Shown here piece by piece: positions 49,674-60,652 of a DNA stretch of 64,000 nt. The translations under genes and the position numbers were made by a program. Source of the DNA: an uncultured Candidatus Rokubacteria bacterium (GTDB taxonomy: Bacteria; Methylomirabilota; Methylomirabilia; Rokubacteriales; CSP1-6); the NCBI GenBank assembly GCA_963762145.1, contig CAVXJS010000015.1, positions 160,001 to 224,000 of the forward strand, read 5' to 3'. Below the pieces are notes generated by a model. It was not told where the DNA came from, did no database searches, and saw nothing but the letters and a program-made list of their open reading frames with translations. The first letter of the stretch is position 1; every line of letters begins with the position of its first letter.

Positions 49674-52246
49674 GTGAGGCTCGACACGAGGTCGCGCGCC
49701 ATACGGCGCGCGCAGCCCGCCGGCTCCCGCGCTCGGTTGGAAGTTCGCGGGAAGTTCTTCTTCGCTGGAGATGACAAGGTTCCGCTCCGGGGGGTCACCT
49801 ACGGCCCTTTCGCTCCGGACGCGAATGGTTATAGATATCCCGCCCCGGAGGTCGTCGCGCGGGACTTCGCCCTGATGACCGAGCTGGGGGCCAACTGCCT
49901 CCGGCTCTTCACCCCTCCGCCCCGCTGGCTCCTCGACCTGGCCGCAGAGCGAAACCTCTGGGTCCTCGTCGGAATCCCGTGGGCGGAGCACATCTGCTTT
50001 CTCGACTCGGAGGAGATCTCCGATTCGGTCCGCCGCACCGTCACGGACGTGGTCGAGGCCTGCCGCGATCACCCGGCCGTCGGCGCGTTCCTGGTCGGCA
50101 ACGAGATCCCGCCGGACATCGTCCGCTGGTACGGCGCTCCGCGCATCTCCGGGTTCCTGCGTGAGCTGGTCGGCCTGATCAAGCAGATGGAGCCCACCGC
50201 GCTGGTCGGCTACGCCAACTATCCGTCCACCGAATATCTCGAGACCGACTTCACCGATTTCCTCGCGTTCAACGTCTACCTGCACTCGCGAGCCCGAATT
50301 CCGGCAGTATCTCTCGCGGCTGCACAACCTGGCGGGCGACCGGCCGCTGGTGCTCACCGAGTTCGGCATCGACTCGATCCGCGAGGGCGAGGTCGTCCAG
50401 GCCTCGACCCTGTCGTGGCAGGTCCGCACCGCGCTCGAGATGGGCGCGGCCGGCACGGTGGTCTTCTCGTTCACCGACGAGTGGTATCACCGGCGGCTGC
50501 GACATCGCCAACTGGGCTTTCGGGCTCGTCGACCGCGAGCGCCGCAAGAAGCCAGCCTTCCAGGCGGTGCAGCGCTGGTACAGCGCGCCGGGGCTCCCCG
50601 CGCTCTCCGAGTATCCCAAGGTCTCGGTGGTCATCTGCGCCTACAACGCGGAGCCGACCATGGAGGCCTGTCTCGAATCCCTGCGCAACCTTCGCTATCC
50701 CGCCTTCGAGGTCGTGGTCGTGGACGACGGCTCCACCGACCGCACCGGCGCCATCGCGGACAGCTTCGAGGGCTTTCACGTCATCCACCAGCCGAACAAG
50801 GGGCTCAGCGCCGCGCGCAACGTCGGCATCGCGGCGTCGACTCGGCGAGATCGTCGCCTTCACCGACTCGGACTGCGTCGTGGATCCGGACTGGCTGCAC
50901 TACCTGGTCGCGACGTTTCTCCAGACCGGGCTCCCCGCGGTGGGGGGGCCCAACCTGCCGCCGCCCGAAGACTCGATGGTGGCCGCGTGCGTGGCCGCCT
51001 CGCCCGGCGGGCCGACTCAGGTGCTGCTCGACGACGTGGTGGCCGAGCACATCCCGGGCTGCAACATGGCGTTCCGGCGCGAGGTGCTCGACGAGATCGG
51101 CGGCTTCGATCCGATCTACCGCTCGCGCGGGCGACGACGTCGACGTGTGCTGGCGGCTTCAAGACCTGGGCTACCGCATCGGCTTCAGTCCCGCGGCGAT
51201 GGTCTGGCACTTCCGGCGCAACACCATGAAGGCCTACATCGGCCAGCAGAAGGGCTACGGCAAGGCCGAGGCGCTGCTCTACTTCAAGCCACCCTCAGCG
51301 CTTCAACGCGCTCGGCCAGTCGCGCTGGCGCGGGCGCATCTACGGCGGCATCTCCGCCCTCTTCTCGCTGCGCCGGCCCGTCATCTACTGCGGCGTGTTC
51401 GGCCGGGGGCTCTTCCAGACCCTCTACCAGCCGCCCTCCACCGTCCTCTCGCTACCTGCCCTTCACGCTCGAGTGGAACCTGGTCGGAGCCGCCCTCCTC
51501 GTCTACGGGGCCATGAGCGGCGGGTGGGCCTGGCTCGGGGCGGCGCCGATCATGCTCTCCTTCGCCTGCTGCCTCGGGGCGGCCATGCGGGCGCGGGTCG
51601 ACCCGCGTCGCCGACAGCGTCCGCGGACGGCTGCTCATCGCGGTCCTGACGTACTTCGGGCCGCTCCTGCGCTCGCTCGAGCGCTATCGCTGGTGGGTGC
51701 GCGGGCTCACCGCGGCCGAGCCCTCGGAGTCCGAGCGGCCCATGCAGGCGCTGCCCTGGTCGTGGGCGCAGCGCGCGTTCTCGGCCGCGTTCTGGACCGA
51801 GGACGGGCTCGAGAAGGAGACGATCCTCCACGGGCTCGTGGACGCGCTGACGCGGACGGAAGTACTTCGTCCTGGTGGACCAGGGCTGGAGCGAGTGGGA
51901 CCTCGAGGTGCACGGCGGGGTGTGGTCCCGCGGGCGGATCAAGGTGTGCACCGAGAACCACGGCGGCGAGCGACGTGTCCTGCGGGTGCGGTGCGCGCTC
52001 CGGACGTCGCGCCTGGCCCGCGGAGTGCTCGTGGGCGCGGTGGTCATGGCCGGCGCCGGGCTGACGCTCGGGCTACCCATGGTGGCCGCGGCGGGCGTGG
52101 CCGCCGGCGTGGGGACGGCCGCGGGCCTGCTTCGCGAGGCGGTCGGGCTCGGACGCACGCTCTACGACGCGCTCCATGGTGTCGCACGCCGCGCGCGGCT
52201 GCACTATGCGCCGCCGCTCGACGTGCGTGACGCCGTGGTGAAGTGA
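49674..52246 (+). CDS. Clan GH-A TIM-barrel glycoside hydrolase + GT2 glycosyltransferase + C-terminal TM fusion; about 8 apparent frameshifts
   Basis: GTG after GGAGG; RGVTYGPF, GAN, LVGNEIP, FNVY, VLTEFG; GT2 SVVICAYN, VDDGSTD, GLSAARN, FTDSDC, GCNMAFRR, GDDVD, QQKGYG spread over successive frames. Confidence 0.8.
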
Positions 52247-54074
52247 GCCGCCTCAGCCGGCGCGTCTTCGGCTACATCTGGCCCCACCGTGGTGGCATGC
52301 TCTGGGCGCTGGCCCAGGTGTGCCTGATCAGCGCGCTCGAGCTGCTCAAGCCCTGGCCGCTCAAGCTGATCATCGACTCGGTTCTCGGCGGCGCGCCCCT
52401 GCCCTGGGAGCTGGCGGCGGGCCTGGGCACGGGCGCGATGCTCCTGGGCGCCTGCGCGGCCCTGGTGGTGATCTACGCGGCGCTCGGGGCGGCCAACGTG
52501 TGGGCCAACATCACCACCATCCGCATCGGGCAGCGGATGGTGCGCGACCTGCGCAGCGATCTCTACGCCCATCTTCACCGGCTCTCGATGGCCTTCCACA
52601 GCCGGGCCCAGGCGGGCGACCTGCTCTACCGGGTGACCGCGGACACCTTCGCGCTCCAGGCGCTCACCATGAACTGCCTGTTCCCGGCGGCCAGCGCGCT
52701 CATCCTGCTGATCGGGATGTCGGCGGTCATGGTGCACCTCGACGCCGAGCTCACCCTGCTGGCCCTGGGCGTGTGCCCGCTGCTGCTGCTCGCCATCGGC
52801 CGCCTGAACCGCCGGATCAGCGCGGCGGCGGGCGAGATGCGGGAGCGCGAGAGCGAGGTCCTCGGCGTGGTGCAGCGGGCGATGGGCGCGATGCGGGTCA
52901 TCCAGGCGTTCACCCGGGAGGAGGACGAGCACCGCCGGTTCATGACCGCGAGCGAGCGGAGCCTCGCCGCCGGGCTCCGGCTCTACACCCTGCAGACGTT
53001 CTACTCGGGGGTGGTCAATCTGGTCATCGCCCTCGGCACCGCGGCGGTGGTGTGGATGGGCGCCCGTCACGTGCTCGACAGCACGCTGACGGTGGGGAGC
53101 CTGGTCGTGTTCATCAGCTACCTCGCGGCGCTCTACGGGCCGATCAACGACATGTTCCAGGTCTACGGCCTCGCGCTCAGAGCGCGCGCGTCGGCGTGCG
53201 GTCGCGTGCTCGACGTGCTCGACGTGGAGCGCGACCTGCCGGACGGCGACCGGGCCTTCCCCGCGGAGGGCGCGCGCGGCGAAGTGGCCTGGGAGGGCGT
53301 GGACTTCCAGTACGCGACCGGGCGGCCCGCTCATCCGTGACGTGACCCTGCGCGTGGCGCCCGGCCAGCGCGTGGCGGTGGTCGGACCGACCGGCGCCGG
53401 CAAGTCCACGCTCCTGAGCCTGCTGCCCCGCTTCTACGATCCGACCCGCGGCCGCGTACTGGTGGACGGCCGGGACGTCCGGGAGTACCGGCTCGCCTCG
53501 CTGCGCCGCCAGATCGCCATGGTGCTCGCAGCCGCCGCTGCTCTTCCCGGTGAGCCTGCGCGAGAACATCGCCTTCGGCCGGCCCGACGCCCGGATGGAG
53601 GAGATCATCGCCGCGGCCAAGGCCGCCCGCATCCACGAGATGATCGCGCAGCTGCCCCGGGGGTACGATACGAACGTGGCCGAGCAGGGTGTCACGCTCT
53701 CGGAAGGCGAGAAGCAGCGGCTGACCATCGCCCGCGCCATCCTGCGCGACTCGCCGATCCTGATCCTGGACGAGCCGACCTCGGCGCTCGACCCCGAGAC
53801 GGAGGCCCTCGTGATGGTGGCGCTGGAGCGCCTGCAGACCGGTCGCACGACGTTCATCATCGCGCACCGGCTCTCGACGGTGCGCACCGCCGACCTGATC
53901 GTGGTGATCAAGGACGGCCGGATCGTCGAGCAGGGGACGCTCGCCGAGCTGGTGGCGCTCAGGGGCGCGTTCGCGACGATGTACGGAGGGCCGGAGACCC
54001 AGCGGACAGGAGGATCCCGTTGGCCGCTCGTAAGCGTCTCGTGGTCCTGCACCTGGCCGGTCGCTATCCCCTAG
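52243..54074 (+). CDS. ABC exporter (MsbA/NdvA-like TMD-NBD fusion); apparent frameshifts near 53180, 53330, 53530
   Basis: [12 protein letters not shown], Walker [36 protein letters not shown]. Confidence 0.85.
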
Positions 54075-55183
54075 GGGGAATCGGCTGGCAGGCGGCGCAG
54101 TACGTGCTGGGCCTCACCCGGCTCGGCCACGACGTCTACTATGTCGAGGACTCGCGGGCCCATCCCTACGACCCCCGGGTCAAGAGCGTGGTGGCGGACT
54201 CGAGCTACAGCGTGGCCTTCCTGGCCGACGCGATGGCCCGCTTCGGCCTCGCCGAGCGCTGGGCCTACGTGGACGGCGTGACCGGCAACTGCCATGGGCT
54301 GTCACGGGAGCGGCTCCGGACCCTCTACCGGGAAGCGGACGGCCTCCTGAACGTCTGCGGCGCCACGCAGCTCAACGAAGAGCACCTCCGGTGCCCGGTG
54401 CGTATCTACGTCGAGACCGATCCCGTCTTCGAGCAGATCCGGGTCGCCGAGGGCGATCGCCCGGCCATCGAGGCCCTCGCCGAGCACACGCACCACTTCA
54501 CCTACGGGGAAAACCTGGGCCAGCCCGACTGCCCTATCCCGCTCGACAAGTTCGCCTGGCGGAAGACCCGGCCGCCCGTGGTTCCCGACCTGTGGGATGC
54601 CACGGTCAACCCGGCCGCCGAGCGGTTCACGACCGTGGCCACCTGGAAAAACGTTGGCAAGGACATCCGGTTCCGGGGCGAGACCTACTACTGGTCCAAG
54701 CACATGAACTTCCTCCGGATGGCCGATCTGCCGAGCCGGACCCGCCAACCGCTGGAGCTGGCCCTCGAGGTCGAAGACGAGGCCACGCAGGATTTGCTCG
54801 CCCGGAACGGCTGGCTGATCACGAACGCGTTCGACGCCTCCCGGGATGTCGCTGCCTATCAGCGCTACATCGAGCGCTCCCGAGGGGAGTTCACGGTGTC
54901 CAAGGACCTCGTGGCCCGGACGCGGAGCGGGTGGTTCAGCGACCGTAGCGCCTGCTACCTCGCGGCGGGTAAGCCGGTCGTCACTCAGGACACGGGCTTT
55001 GGCAAGTTCATGCCCACCGGCGTGGGGCTGCTCGCATTCGACACGGTGGACGAGGCCGCGGCCGCCCTCGATGAGGTGAACCGCGACTACCCGCGGCACT
55101 GTCGGGCCGCCCGCGAAATCGCCGTGGAAACCTTCGGCGCCGAGCGGGTGCTGAGTCGACTGTGCCGGGAGGCCGATCTGTAA
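54020..55183 (+). CDS. Putative GT-B fold glycosyltransferase-like protein
   Basis: TTG after GGAGG; [11 protein letters not shown]-terminal motif; [25 protein letters not shown]-terminal motif. Confidence 0.65.
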   Translation: MAARKRLVVLHLAGRYPLGGIGWQAAQYVLGLTRLGHDVYYVEDSRAHPYDPRVKSVVADSSYSVAFLADAMARFGLAERWAYVDGVTGNCHGLSRERLRTLYREADGLLNVCGATQLNEEHLRCPVRIYVETDPVFEQIRVAEGDRPAIEALAEHTHHFTYGENLGQPDCPIPLDKFAWRKTRPPVVPDLWDATVNPAAERFTTVATWKNVGKDIRFRGETYYWSKHMNFLRMADLPSRTRQPLELALEVEDEATQDLLARNGWLITNAFDASRDVAAYQRYIERSRGEFTVSKDLVARTRSGWFSDRSACYLAAGKPVVTQDTGFGKFMPTGVGLLAFDTVDEAAAALDEVNRDYPRHCRAAREIAVETFGAERVLSRLCREADL

Positions 55184-55295
55184 GTATTTTCCCCTTGAAG
55201 ATCAATAGGTCAGAAAGCACTTGGCAACCTGCGTCACCCTATGCTACAAGGGCGAAGGCTGGGCAATTGGCGTCGACTTCCGGAGGGGGACCCAT

Positions 55296-55925
55296 TTGGA
55301 CGCGGCACTGGAGAAAAGGCAGGTCAAGCGGGCCTATAAGCTCTACGCCCCCGCCTATGACTTCGTCTTCGACTGGATCTTTCATCCCGGTCGCGAAGCC
55401 GCCATCCGTCTGCTCGCCATCAAGCCGGGAGACAACGTTCTCGAGGTCGGTATCGGCACGGGGCTGAATCTTCCCCTCTACCCGACCAACTGCCGGCTGA
55501 CCGGCATCGATCTCTCCGAGGAGATGCTGGAGAAGGCGCAGGACAAGGTGGTCGAGCTGGGGCTGGGCAACGTCACGCTCAAGACCATGGACGCCACCGT
55601 GATGGACTTTGGCCCGGGCGAGTTCGACTCGGTGGTCGCCACCTACACGATCAGCGCCGTGCCCGATCCGGTGGGCGTCCTGCGTGAGATGAAGCGCGTG
55701 GTGAAGCCAGGGGGCAATATCGTGCTCCTGAATCACTTCCGGAGCGAGCGCCCGGTGATCGGGCGCCTGGAGGATCTGGTCGCTCCCGTGTGCACGAGGC
55801 TCGGGTGGAAGTCGAACCTTCCACTCGAGCCCCTGCTCCAACAGGTGGGCCTCATCCCCGAGATCACCACCAAGGTCAATCTGTTCAACGGGTGGCGCCT
55901 GATCAAGTGCGTCAACCCTAAGTAA
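55296..55925 (+). CDS. Phospholipid N-methyltransferase (Rhodobacter PmtA-type class I SAM MT)
   Basis: YAPAYDFVF, VLEVGIGTGLNLPLY, GIDLSEEML, VPDP, VKPGG, NHF. Confidence 0.78.
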   Translation: MDAALEKRQVKRAYKLYAPAYDFVFDWIFHPGREAAIRLLAIKPGDNVLEVGIGTGLNLPLYPTNCRLTGIDLSEEMLEKAQDKVVELGLGNVTLKTMDATVMDFGPGEFDSVVATYTISAVPDPVGVLREMKRVVKPGGNIVLLNHFRSERPVIGRLEDLVAPVCTRLGWKSNLPLEPLLQQVGLIPEITTKVNLFNGWRLIKCVNPK

Positions 55926-55938
55926 CGACTCGCCGCCG

Positions 55939-56415
55939 CTACTGCTCCGGACTCTCCAGCTCCTGCCAGCCGCGTCGCAGCACGACGATCTTCTGGACCT
56001 GCCCGGAGCGGGCCTCCACCCGGATCACGTCTCCAGGCTTGAGGAAGGCCAGGCTGGCATCCTGCGTCTCCTCGGTGACCACCCGGGCCTCCTTGTCCAC
56101 TTCCGACACGCTCACCTGGCCGGTGCCCGTGAGCGACAGGACACGCCGAGCGGCGGGATCGACGTTGAGGACGGTGTGCCGGCCGGCTTGGAGGGCGCCC
56201 GTCAGCTGGGAGGGGCTGGGGCCCGGCTCCTCACGGAACTCCAGCTCCGCGACGGACACCGGCGCCGAGTCCGGCATACCGTGTGGCGTCCCCGGGACCA
56301 CCGTGGGCGAGAGGTCGACGCGGACTCGCTCGCTCACGACCTCGAGGGCAGCGACCCCCAGGACACAGGCGGCGATCACGCTACCAACCAGGACCCGGAC
56401 TGTCATCGTGCTCAT
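55939..56415 (-). CDS. Hypothetical exported protein
   Basis: GAGGAGG SD; N-terminal TM/signal; C-terminal OB-like LKPGDVIRVE. Confidence 0.65.
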   Translation of the reverse strand: MSTMTVRVLVGSVIAACVLGVAALEVVSERVRVDLSPTVVPGTPHGMPDSAPVSVAELEFREEPGPSPSQLTGALQAGRHTVLNVDPAARRVLSLTGTGQVSVSEVDKEARVVTEETQDASLAFLKPGDVIRVEARSGQVQKIVVLRRGWQELESPEQ

Positions 56416-56442
56416 GGCGTGTCCTCCTCTGCTCGGAGGATC

Positions 56443-56458
56443 AGCATCACGAGTGCCA
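56443..56458 (-). promoter_or_regulatory. Sigma54 (-24/-12) promoter
   Basis: Minus strand TGGCACTCGTGATGCT, 27 nt upstream of the ATG at 56415. Confidence 0.6.
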
Positions 56459-56625
56459 CGAGATAACTAGCTGAAGTTACTGTTCATCCGGCCCTCGATC
56501 CCGATCCGAATGGGCAAGCTGCCTGAAGCGCCGCCGGAGGAATGCCCGAAGCCGGGCTTGCGCTCGGTCAGTCGCCTTCCGATCATGGGCCGGTGACCAA
56601 CACTCGCCGGCCCGGCACTTCGTAG

Positions 56626-57642
56626 TTGAGCGCGACCGGGCGACTCGTCCTCGCCGGTCTCCTTGCGCTCCCCTTCTTCGCGAGCGCGTGGGCGCTGGCG
56701 TTGACCACGGCGTTCCTCGCCGAGTTTCTGGGCCAGGGACGCTGGCAACCACTCTCGAGGCTCACCGCCGAGCCCGTCACGCGCGCCCTCCCCGCCGCGA
56801 CTGGCGCGCGCCCGGTCCCGATCGATCTGTACGTCCGCGCCGCGCTGCGGCGTCCACCGGGCCTCGTCCTCGTGCACGGCCTCTCGGCCGAGGGGAAGGA
56901 CGACCTGCGCCTGCGCGACGCGGCCCGGCTGCTCGCGCGCGGGGGCTGGGCGGTGGCGGTCCCGACGGTCGAGGGTCTGACCGTGCTGCGACTCCGACCG
57001 GAGGCCGCGGCGGCCGTCCACGCGAGCGTGGAGGCGCTTGATGCGGCCGGATACCGGCCGGTGGCCTTGCTCGGCATCAGCCTGGGCGCGGGGCCAGCGC
57101 TTCTCGCCGCGTCGGACCCGTCGCTGGCCTCCCGGCTCTCCGCCGTCCTGGCGCTGGGCGGGTATGCCTCCGCGGTGGAGCTGCTGCGCTACACGCTGAC
57201 CGGTGCTTACGCGTTCGGCGAGGTGGCCGGCCGGACCACCGGAGTGCTGGAGCCGGCCATCGCCCAGTTCGCGCGGGCCAACCCCGAGCTGCTCGACGAG
57301 GCGGGGCGACGCCTCGTGGACAATCGCGACCCGGCGTCGGTGGACGAGCGGGTCCGGGCCCTGCCCCGGGGCACCCGAGACCTGCTGGAGGCACTGTCCC
57401 CCGGACCGAGAATCGGGAGCCTCCGCGCCCCGCTCTTCCTGATCCACGGCCGGCAGGACCCGGCGGTGCCGTTCACGGAAAGCCTGCGGCTCGAGGCCGC
57501 CGCGCGGGCGGCGGGGCGGCCGGTGCGGACCGCGATCGTGGGGGCGGTCGGCCACGTCGAGGCCGACGCGCGCGCCGGGCTGGCGGACCTGCTCCGGCTC
57601 TGGGCGACCTTCTACGCGTTCCGGCGTACCGCCGAGGACTAG
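56626..57642 (+). CDS. Alpha/beta hydrolase fold protein with N-terminal TM
   Basis: LVHG, GISLGA, IHGRQDPAVP, GHV. Confidence 0.75.
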   Translation: MSATGRLVLAGLLALPFFASAWALALTTAFLAEFLGQGRWQPLSRLTAEPVTRALPAATGARPVPIDLYVRAALRRPPGLVLVHGLSAEGKDDLRLRDAARLLARGGWAVAVPTVEGLTVLRLRPEAAAAVHASVEALDAAGYRPVALLGISLGAGPALLAASDPSLASRLSAVLALGGYASAVELLRYTLTGAYAFGEVAGRTTGVLEPAIAQFARANPELLDEAGRRLVDNRDPASVDERVRALPRGTRDLLEALSPGPRIGSLRAPLFLIHGRQDPAVPFTESLRLEAAARAAGRPVRTAIVGAVGHVEADARAGLADLLRLWATFYAFRRTAED

Positions 57643-58527
57643 CTACTTCGGCGGGTTCAGGTTCATGAGCTGCATGGCGTCGCGCACCGGCTGGTAGTCC
57701 CGGTCGTCAGCCTCGACGAACCCGTCGATATCGTAGATCTGCTTCAGCAATGCTCCGTGCTGGGGCGCCTTGATGGCGAGGAGCGCGCGCTTGAGCCGGG
57801 CCACCGTCTCGTCGGGCACTCCCGGGCGCACGCAGATACCCGCCTCCGGGATCTCGGGCGTCTCCCCGACGTAGGCGATCTGAGCGATCAGCGCGGGATC
57901 CTTCAGGTGCAGCTCGGGCGCCTTGTCGAACGAAGCCGCCGCGTCCACCCGCCCGTGGAGCACCGCCTGGAGCGCGGCCTCGTGCGTCCCGCTGAAGAGT
58001 GCATCCTTGAAGAAGGTCTTCGGGTCGCGGTCGCGGACCAGGCCCTGCTTGATCAGCAGCACCATCGGATAGATGTAACCCGAGGACGACGCGGGATCCA
58101 CGAAGGCCACCGTCTTGCCGCGCAGGTCCTCGACGCGCCGGATGCCGCGGTCCTTGCGCACGTAGAACCGGGCGGTGTAGGCGGTCTTGCCGCCCCAGAC
58201 GTCACGCACCAGGATCCGGCAGCCCGCCTCACGATTCGCGAGGACGTATCCCACCGGATGCACGAAGGCGAGCTCCACCCGCCGGCTCCGGAGGGCCTCG
58301 ATCACCCCGGCGTAGTCCGAGGCCACGAGCGCCCGCACCGGCACGCCGGAGATCTCGGCCAGCGTCTTCGCAAAGGCGTCCCCCGCGTCCTTGAGCGCGG
58401 TCGGATCGCGCGACGGGGTGAAGACGAGGGTGAGCGGCGTGGACTGGGCCGTCACCGGAGCCGCATCGGCGATCCAGCCAAGCAGCACGACCGAGAGAGG
58501 GACGAGGACGCGAGCGAAAAATCGCAT
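57643..58527 (-). CDS. Phosphate/phosphite/phosphonate ABC substrate-binding protein (PhnD family), orphan
   Basis: SDYAGVIEAL, DLRGKTVAFVDPASSSGYIYP, SGTHE. Confidence 0.88.
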   Translation of the reverse strand: MRFFARVLVPLSVVLLGWIADAAPVTAQSTPLTLVFTPSRDPTALKDAGDAFAKTLAEISGVPVRALVASDYAGVIEALRSRRVELAFVHPVGYVLANREAGCRILVRDVWGGKTAYTARFYVRKDRGIRRVEDLRGKTVAFVDPASSSGYIYPMVLLIKQGLVRDRDPKTFFKDALFSGTHEAALQAVLHGRVDAAASFDKAPELHLKDPALIAQIAYVGETPEIPEAGICVRPGVPDETVARLKRALLAIKAPQHGALLKQIYDIDGFVEADDRDYQPVRDAMQLMNLNPPK

Positions 58528-58646
58528 GCGCGAAGACCCTACCATGCACCGTGCCGGCCCAAGGGTATTTCATACCCTCCGGGGTGTTTCCTTCTTACAC
58601 GGTTACGGGATGCGGTCCCGACGGGCCGGGCGCGGTCGATGAGGCA

Positions 58647-58706
58647 CAAGGCCTTGATTCCTGCGGGAACGGGAGACCTGTCCCGGCAGGTGGCATGCGT
58701 GATGCT
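58647..58706 (+). promoter_or_regulatory. IHF site plus sigma54 promoter upstream of the Wza-like gene
   Basis: Minus-strand AATCAAGGCCTTG (WATCAANNNNTTR) at 58647-58659; TGGCATGCGTGATGCT at 58691-58706. Confidence 0.65.
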
Positions 58707-58732
58707 GAATCCGGCCGAAGGGAGGGAGTGCC

Positions 58733-59701
58733 ATGAAGCGACTTGCGTGGTGGTCGGCCCTGGTCATCGTGGTCCTGCTGGCGGTCCCGAGCGCGATGGC
58801 GCAGACCCAGCCGGCGCCGCCGCAGACGCAGCCGAAGCAGCCTCCGGCGCAACCCCAACCGACGCAGAGCCAGCCGGCTCAACCCCAGCCACAGACCCAG
58901 CCGGTGCCGCAGGCCCAGCCGGCGCCGATGCAGCCGGCCGCAACTCTGCCGATTCCAGCGGGGGCGGACTACATCATCGGCGCCGAGGACGTCCTCGACA
59001 TCCAGGTCTGGGGCAGCAAGGACCTGAATCAGACCGTGTTCGTCCGCCCGGACGGGCGACTGTCCCTGCCCCTCGTGGGCGAGATCGCGGTGGCGGGGAA
59101 GACCGTCCAGCAGGTGCAGGATCACCTCCTGTCCGTCTACGAGAAGACCGTCAAGGGCGCCGTGGTCACCGTCATCGTCAAGGAGATCAAGAGCCGACCG
59201 GTGTACTTCGTCGGCGGCTTCGGGAAGCCCGGCGTGATGCAGCTCACCGGCGACCTGACGCTGCTGCAGGGCATCTCCATGATGGGCGGTGTCGTGCCGG
59301 AGGCGGACGGCGAGAAGGGATTTCTCCTGAGGCGTGACAAGAAGGTTCCCATCGACTTCAACCGCCTGGCGCAGCGAGGTGACCTGAGCCAGAATCCCAA
59401 GCTCGAGCCGGGGGATTCGGTCGTGGTCCCGCTCGCGGAGGCGGTGTACGTGAACGGCGAGGTCAAGAAGCCCGGCGCCGTCAAGTACGAGGGAGATCTC
59501 ACGCTCCTGAGGGCGCTCACCCAGGCCGGTGGGCTCACTCCGCTCGCGGCCGGGAGCCGCGTGGACATCATCCGTGGCGGCCCCGAGAAGAAGGATCGAA
59601 TCCGGGTCGACGTCGATCGGATCATGCGATCTCCAGAGGGCAATCAGGACGTCCGGCTGCAGCCGAACGACATCATCACGGTTCCGCAGCGACGCTTCTA
59701 G
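58733..59701 (+). CDS. Polysaccharide biosynthesis/export protein (Wza/Poly_export + 2 SLBB) with Pro/Gln-rich linker
   Basis: YIIGAEDVLDIQVW, VRPDGRLSLPLVGEI, GEVKKPG, ALTQAGG, LQPNDII-VP. Confidence 0.88.
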   Translation: MKRLAWWSALVIVVLLAVPSAMAQTQPAPPQTQPKQPPAQPQPTQSQPAQPQPQTQPVPQAQPAPMQPAATLPIPAGADYIIGAEDVLDIQVWGSKDLNQTVFVRPDGRLSLPLVGEIAVAGKTVQQVQDHLLSVYEKTVKGAVVTVIVKEIKSRPVYFVGGFGKPGVMQLTGDLTLLQGISMMGGVVPEADGEKGFLLRRDKKVPIDFNRLAQRGDLSQNPKLEPGDSVVVPLAEAVYVNGEVKKPGAVKYEGDLTLLRALTQAGGLTPLAAGSRVDIIRGGPEKKDRIRVDVDRIMRSPEGNQDVRLQPNDIITVPQRRF

Positions 59702-59801
59702 CGCGATCGGCCCGCCCGAATTTTCCCCCGCTGGGGCGCTCCCCTGGTTAGAGTGTGCTCACTCGATAGAGCGCACTGCACCGCTCACAAGGAGGACTGC
59801 G

Positions 59802-60194
59802 ATGCCCAGGACGACCCAGCTCACGCTCAGTCTCGTGTCGCGACCCGGCACGCTCGCCACGCTGGCCCGAACCCTCGCCGACGCCGGCGTCAACATCGTG
59901 GCCCTGAGCGCCGCCGAGGTCACCGGCCGCGGCAAGATCCGGCTCGTGGTCAAGAACCCGGTGCAGGCCAAGCGCGCGCTCCGCAAGGCCAGGTATCGGT
60001 TCACCGAGGAAACGGCGTGGGCGCTGCGGCTGCGGAACAAGCCGGGCGTGCTCGCCCGGGTCGCGGCCCGGCTCGCCAAGGAGCGGATCAATGTGCGGTC
60101 GATCTATGCCACCACCGCGGGCCGGGGCGCCGCGGTGGCCGTCGTGACCGTGGGAGGCAACCCGGCCAAGGCGCGCAAGGTCCTGGGCCGCTGA
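59802..60194 (+). CDS. Tandem ACT domain protein
   Basis: SRPGTLATL...LADAGVNI; NKPGVLARV...INV. Confidence 0.85.
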   Translation: MPRTTQLTLSLVSRPGTLATLARTLADAGVNIVALSAAEVTGRGKIRLVVKNPVQAKRALRKARYRFTEETAWALRLRNKPGVLARVAARLAKERINVRSIYATTAGRGAAVAVVTVGGNPAKARKVLGR

Positions 60195-60232
60195 ACCCGC
60201 CGGCCCGGCCCGCACGGGGTCCGGGCCGGGGC

Positions 60233-60448
60233 CTACCGCAGCACGTACATGAGGCCCTCCGCGCCGCACCGGCAACGGCCGGGCGCGAACGGGGGCCGCC
60301 GCTCGCCAAGATCGTCCAGGATCCGGGTCAGCGCGCTGCCGGGTTGCAGGGCCAGATCCCGGGCCAGGCACGCCGCGCACTGCGCCTCCCCGGGGTGGTC
60401 CCGCAGGTGCTGCCGCACGATGCTCTCGGTCAGGTCGTCGTCTGCCAT
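60233..60448 (-). CDS. Small hypothetical Cys-containing protein
   Basis: 71 aa with CAAC and CRC motifs, typical codon usage. Confidence 0.55.
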   Translation of the reverse strand: MADDDLTESIVRQHLRDHPGEAQCAACLARDLALQPGSALTRILDDLGERRPPFAPGRCRCGAEGLMYVLR

Positions 60449-60652
60449 GCTAGGCAGCCTAGCAGATGATGCCCGCGGATCACGCGGGTTCGCTGCCGGG
60501 CTCGACCGCTGCCGTCTGGGCGCGACCCTGGGTACGTGCTTACCCAGGTGAGTGCCGTCCGGACAGATGTGCCCCCCGCAGTTCCCGCGCAGCCTTTGCA
60601 GCACGCCCGTAGGGCACTGACCTCGCAACGAAAACACGTGGCAGCAGCCTCA

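Noticed and set aside
53342-55183. 613-aa ORF implying an ABC ATPase-glycosyltransferase fusion
   Set aside because: Caused by the frameshift near 53530; the GT-like gene has its own GGAGG and TTG at 54020
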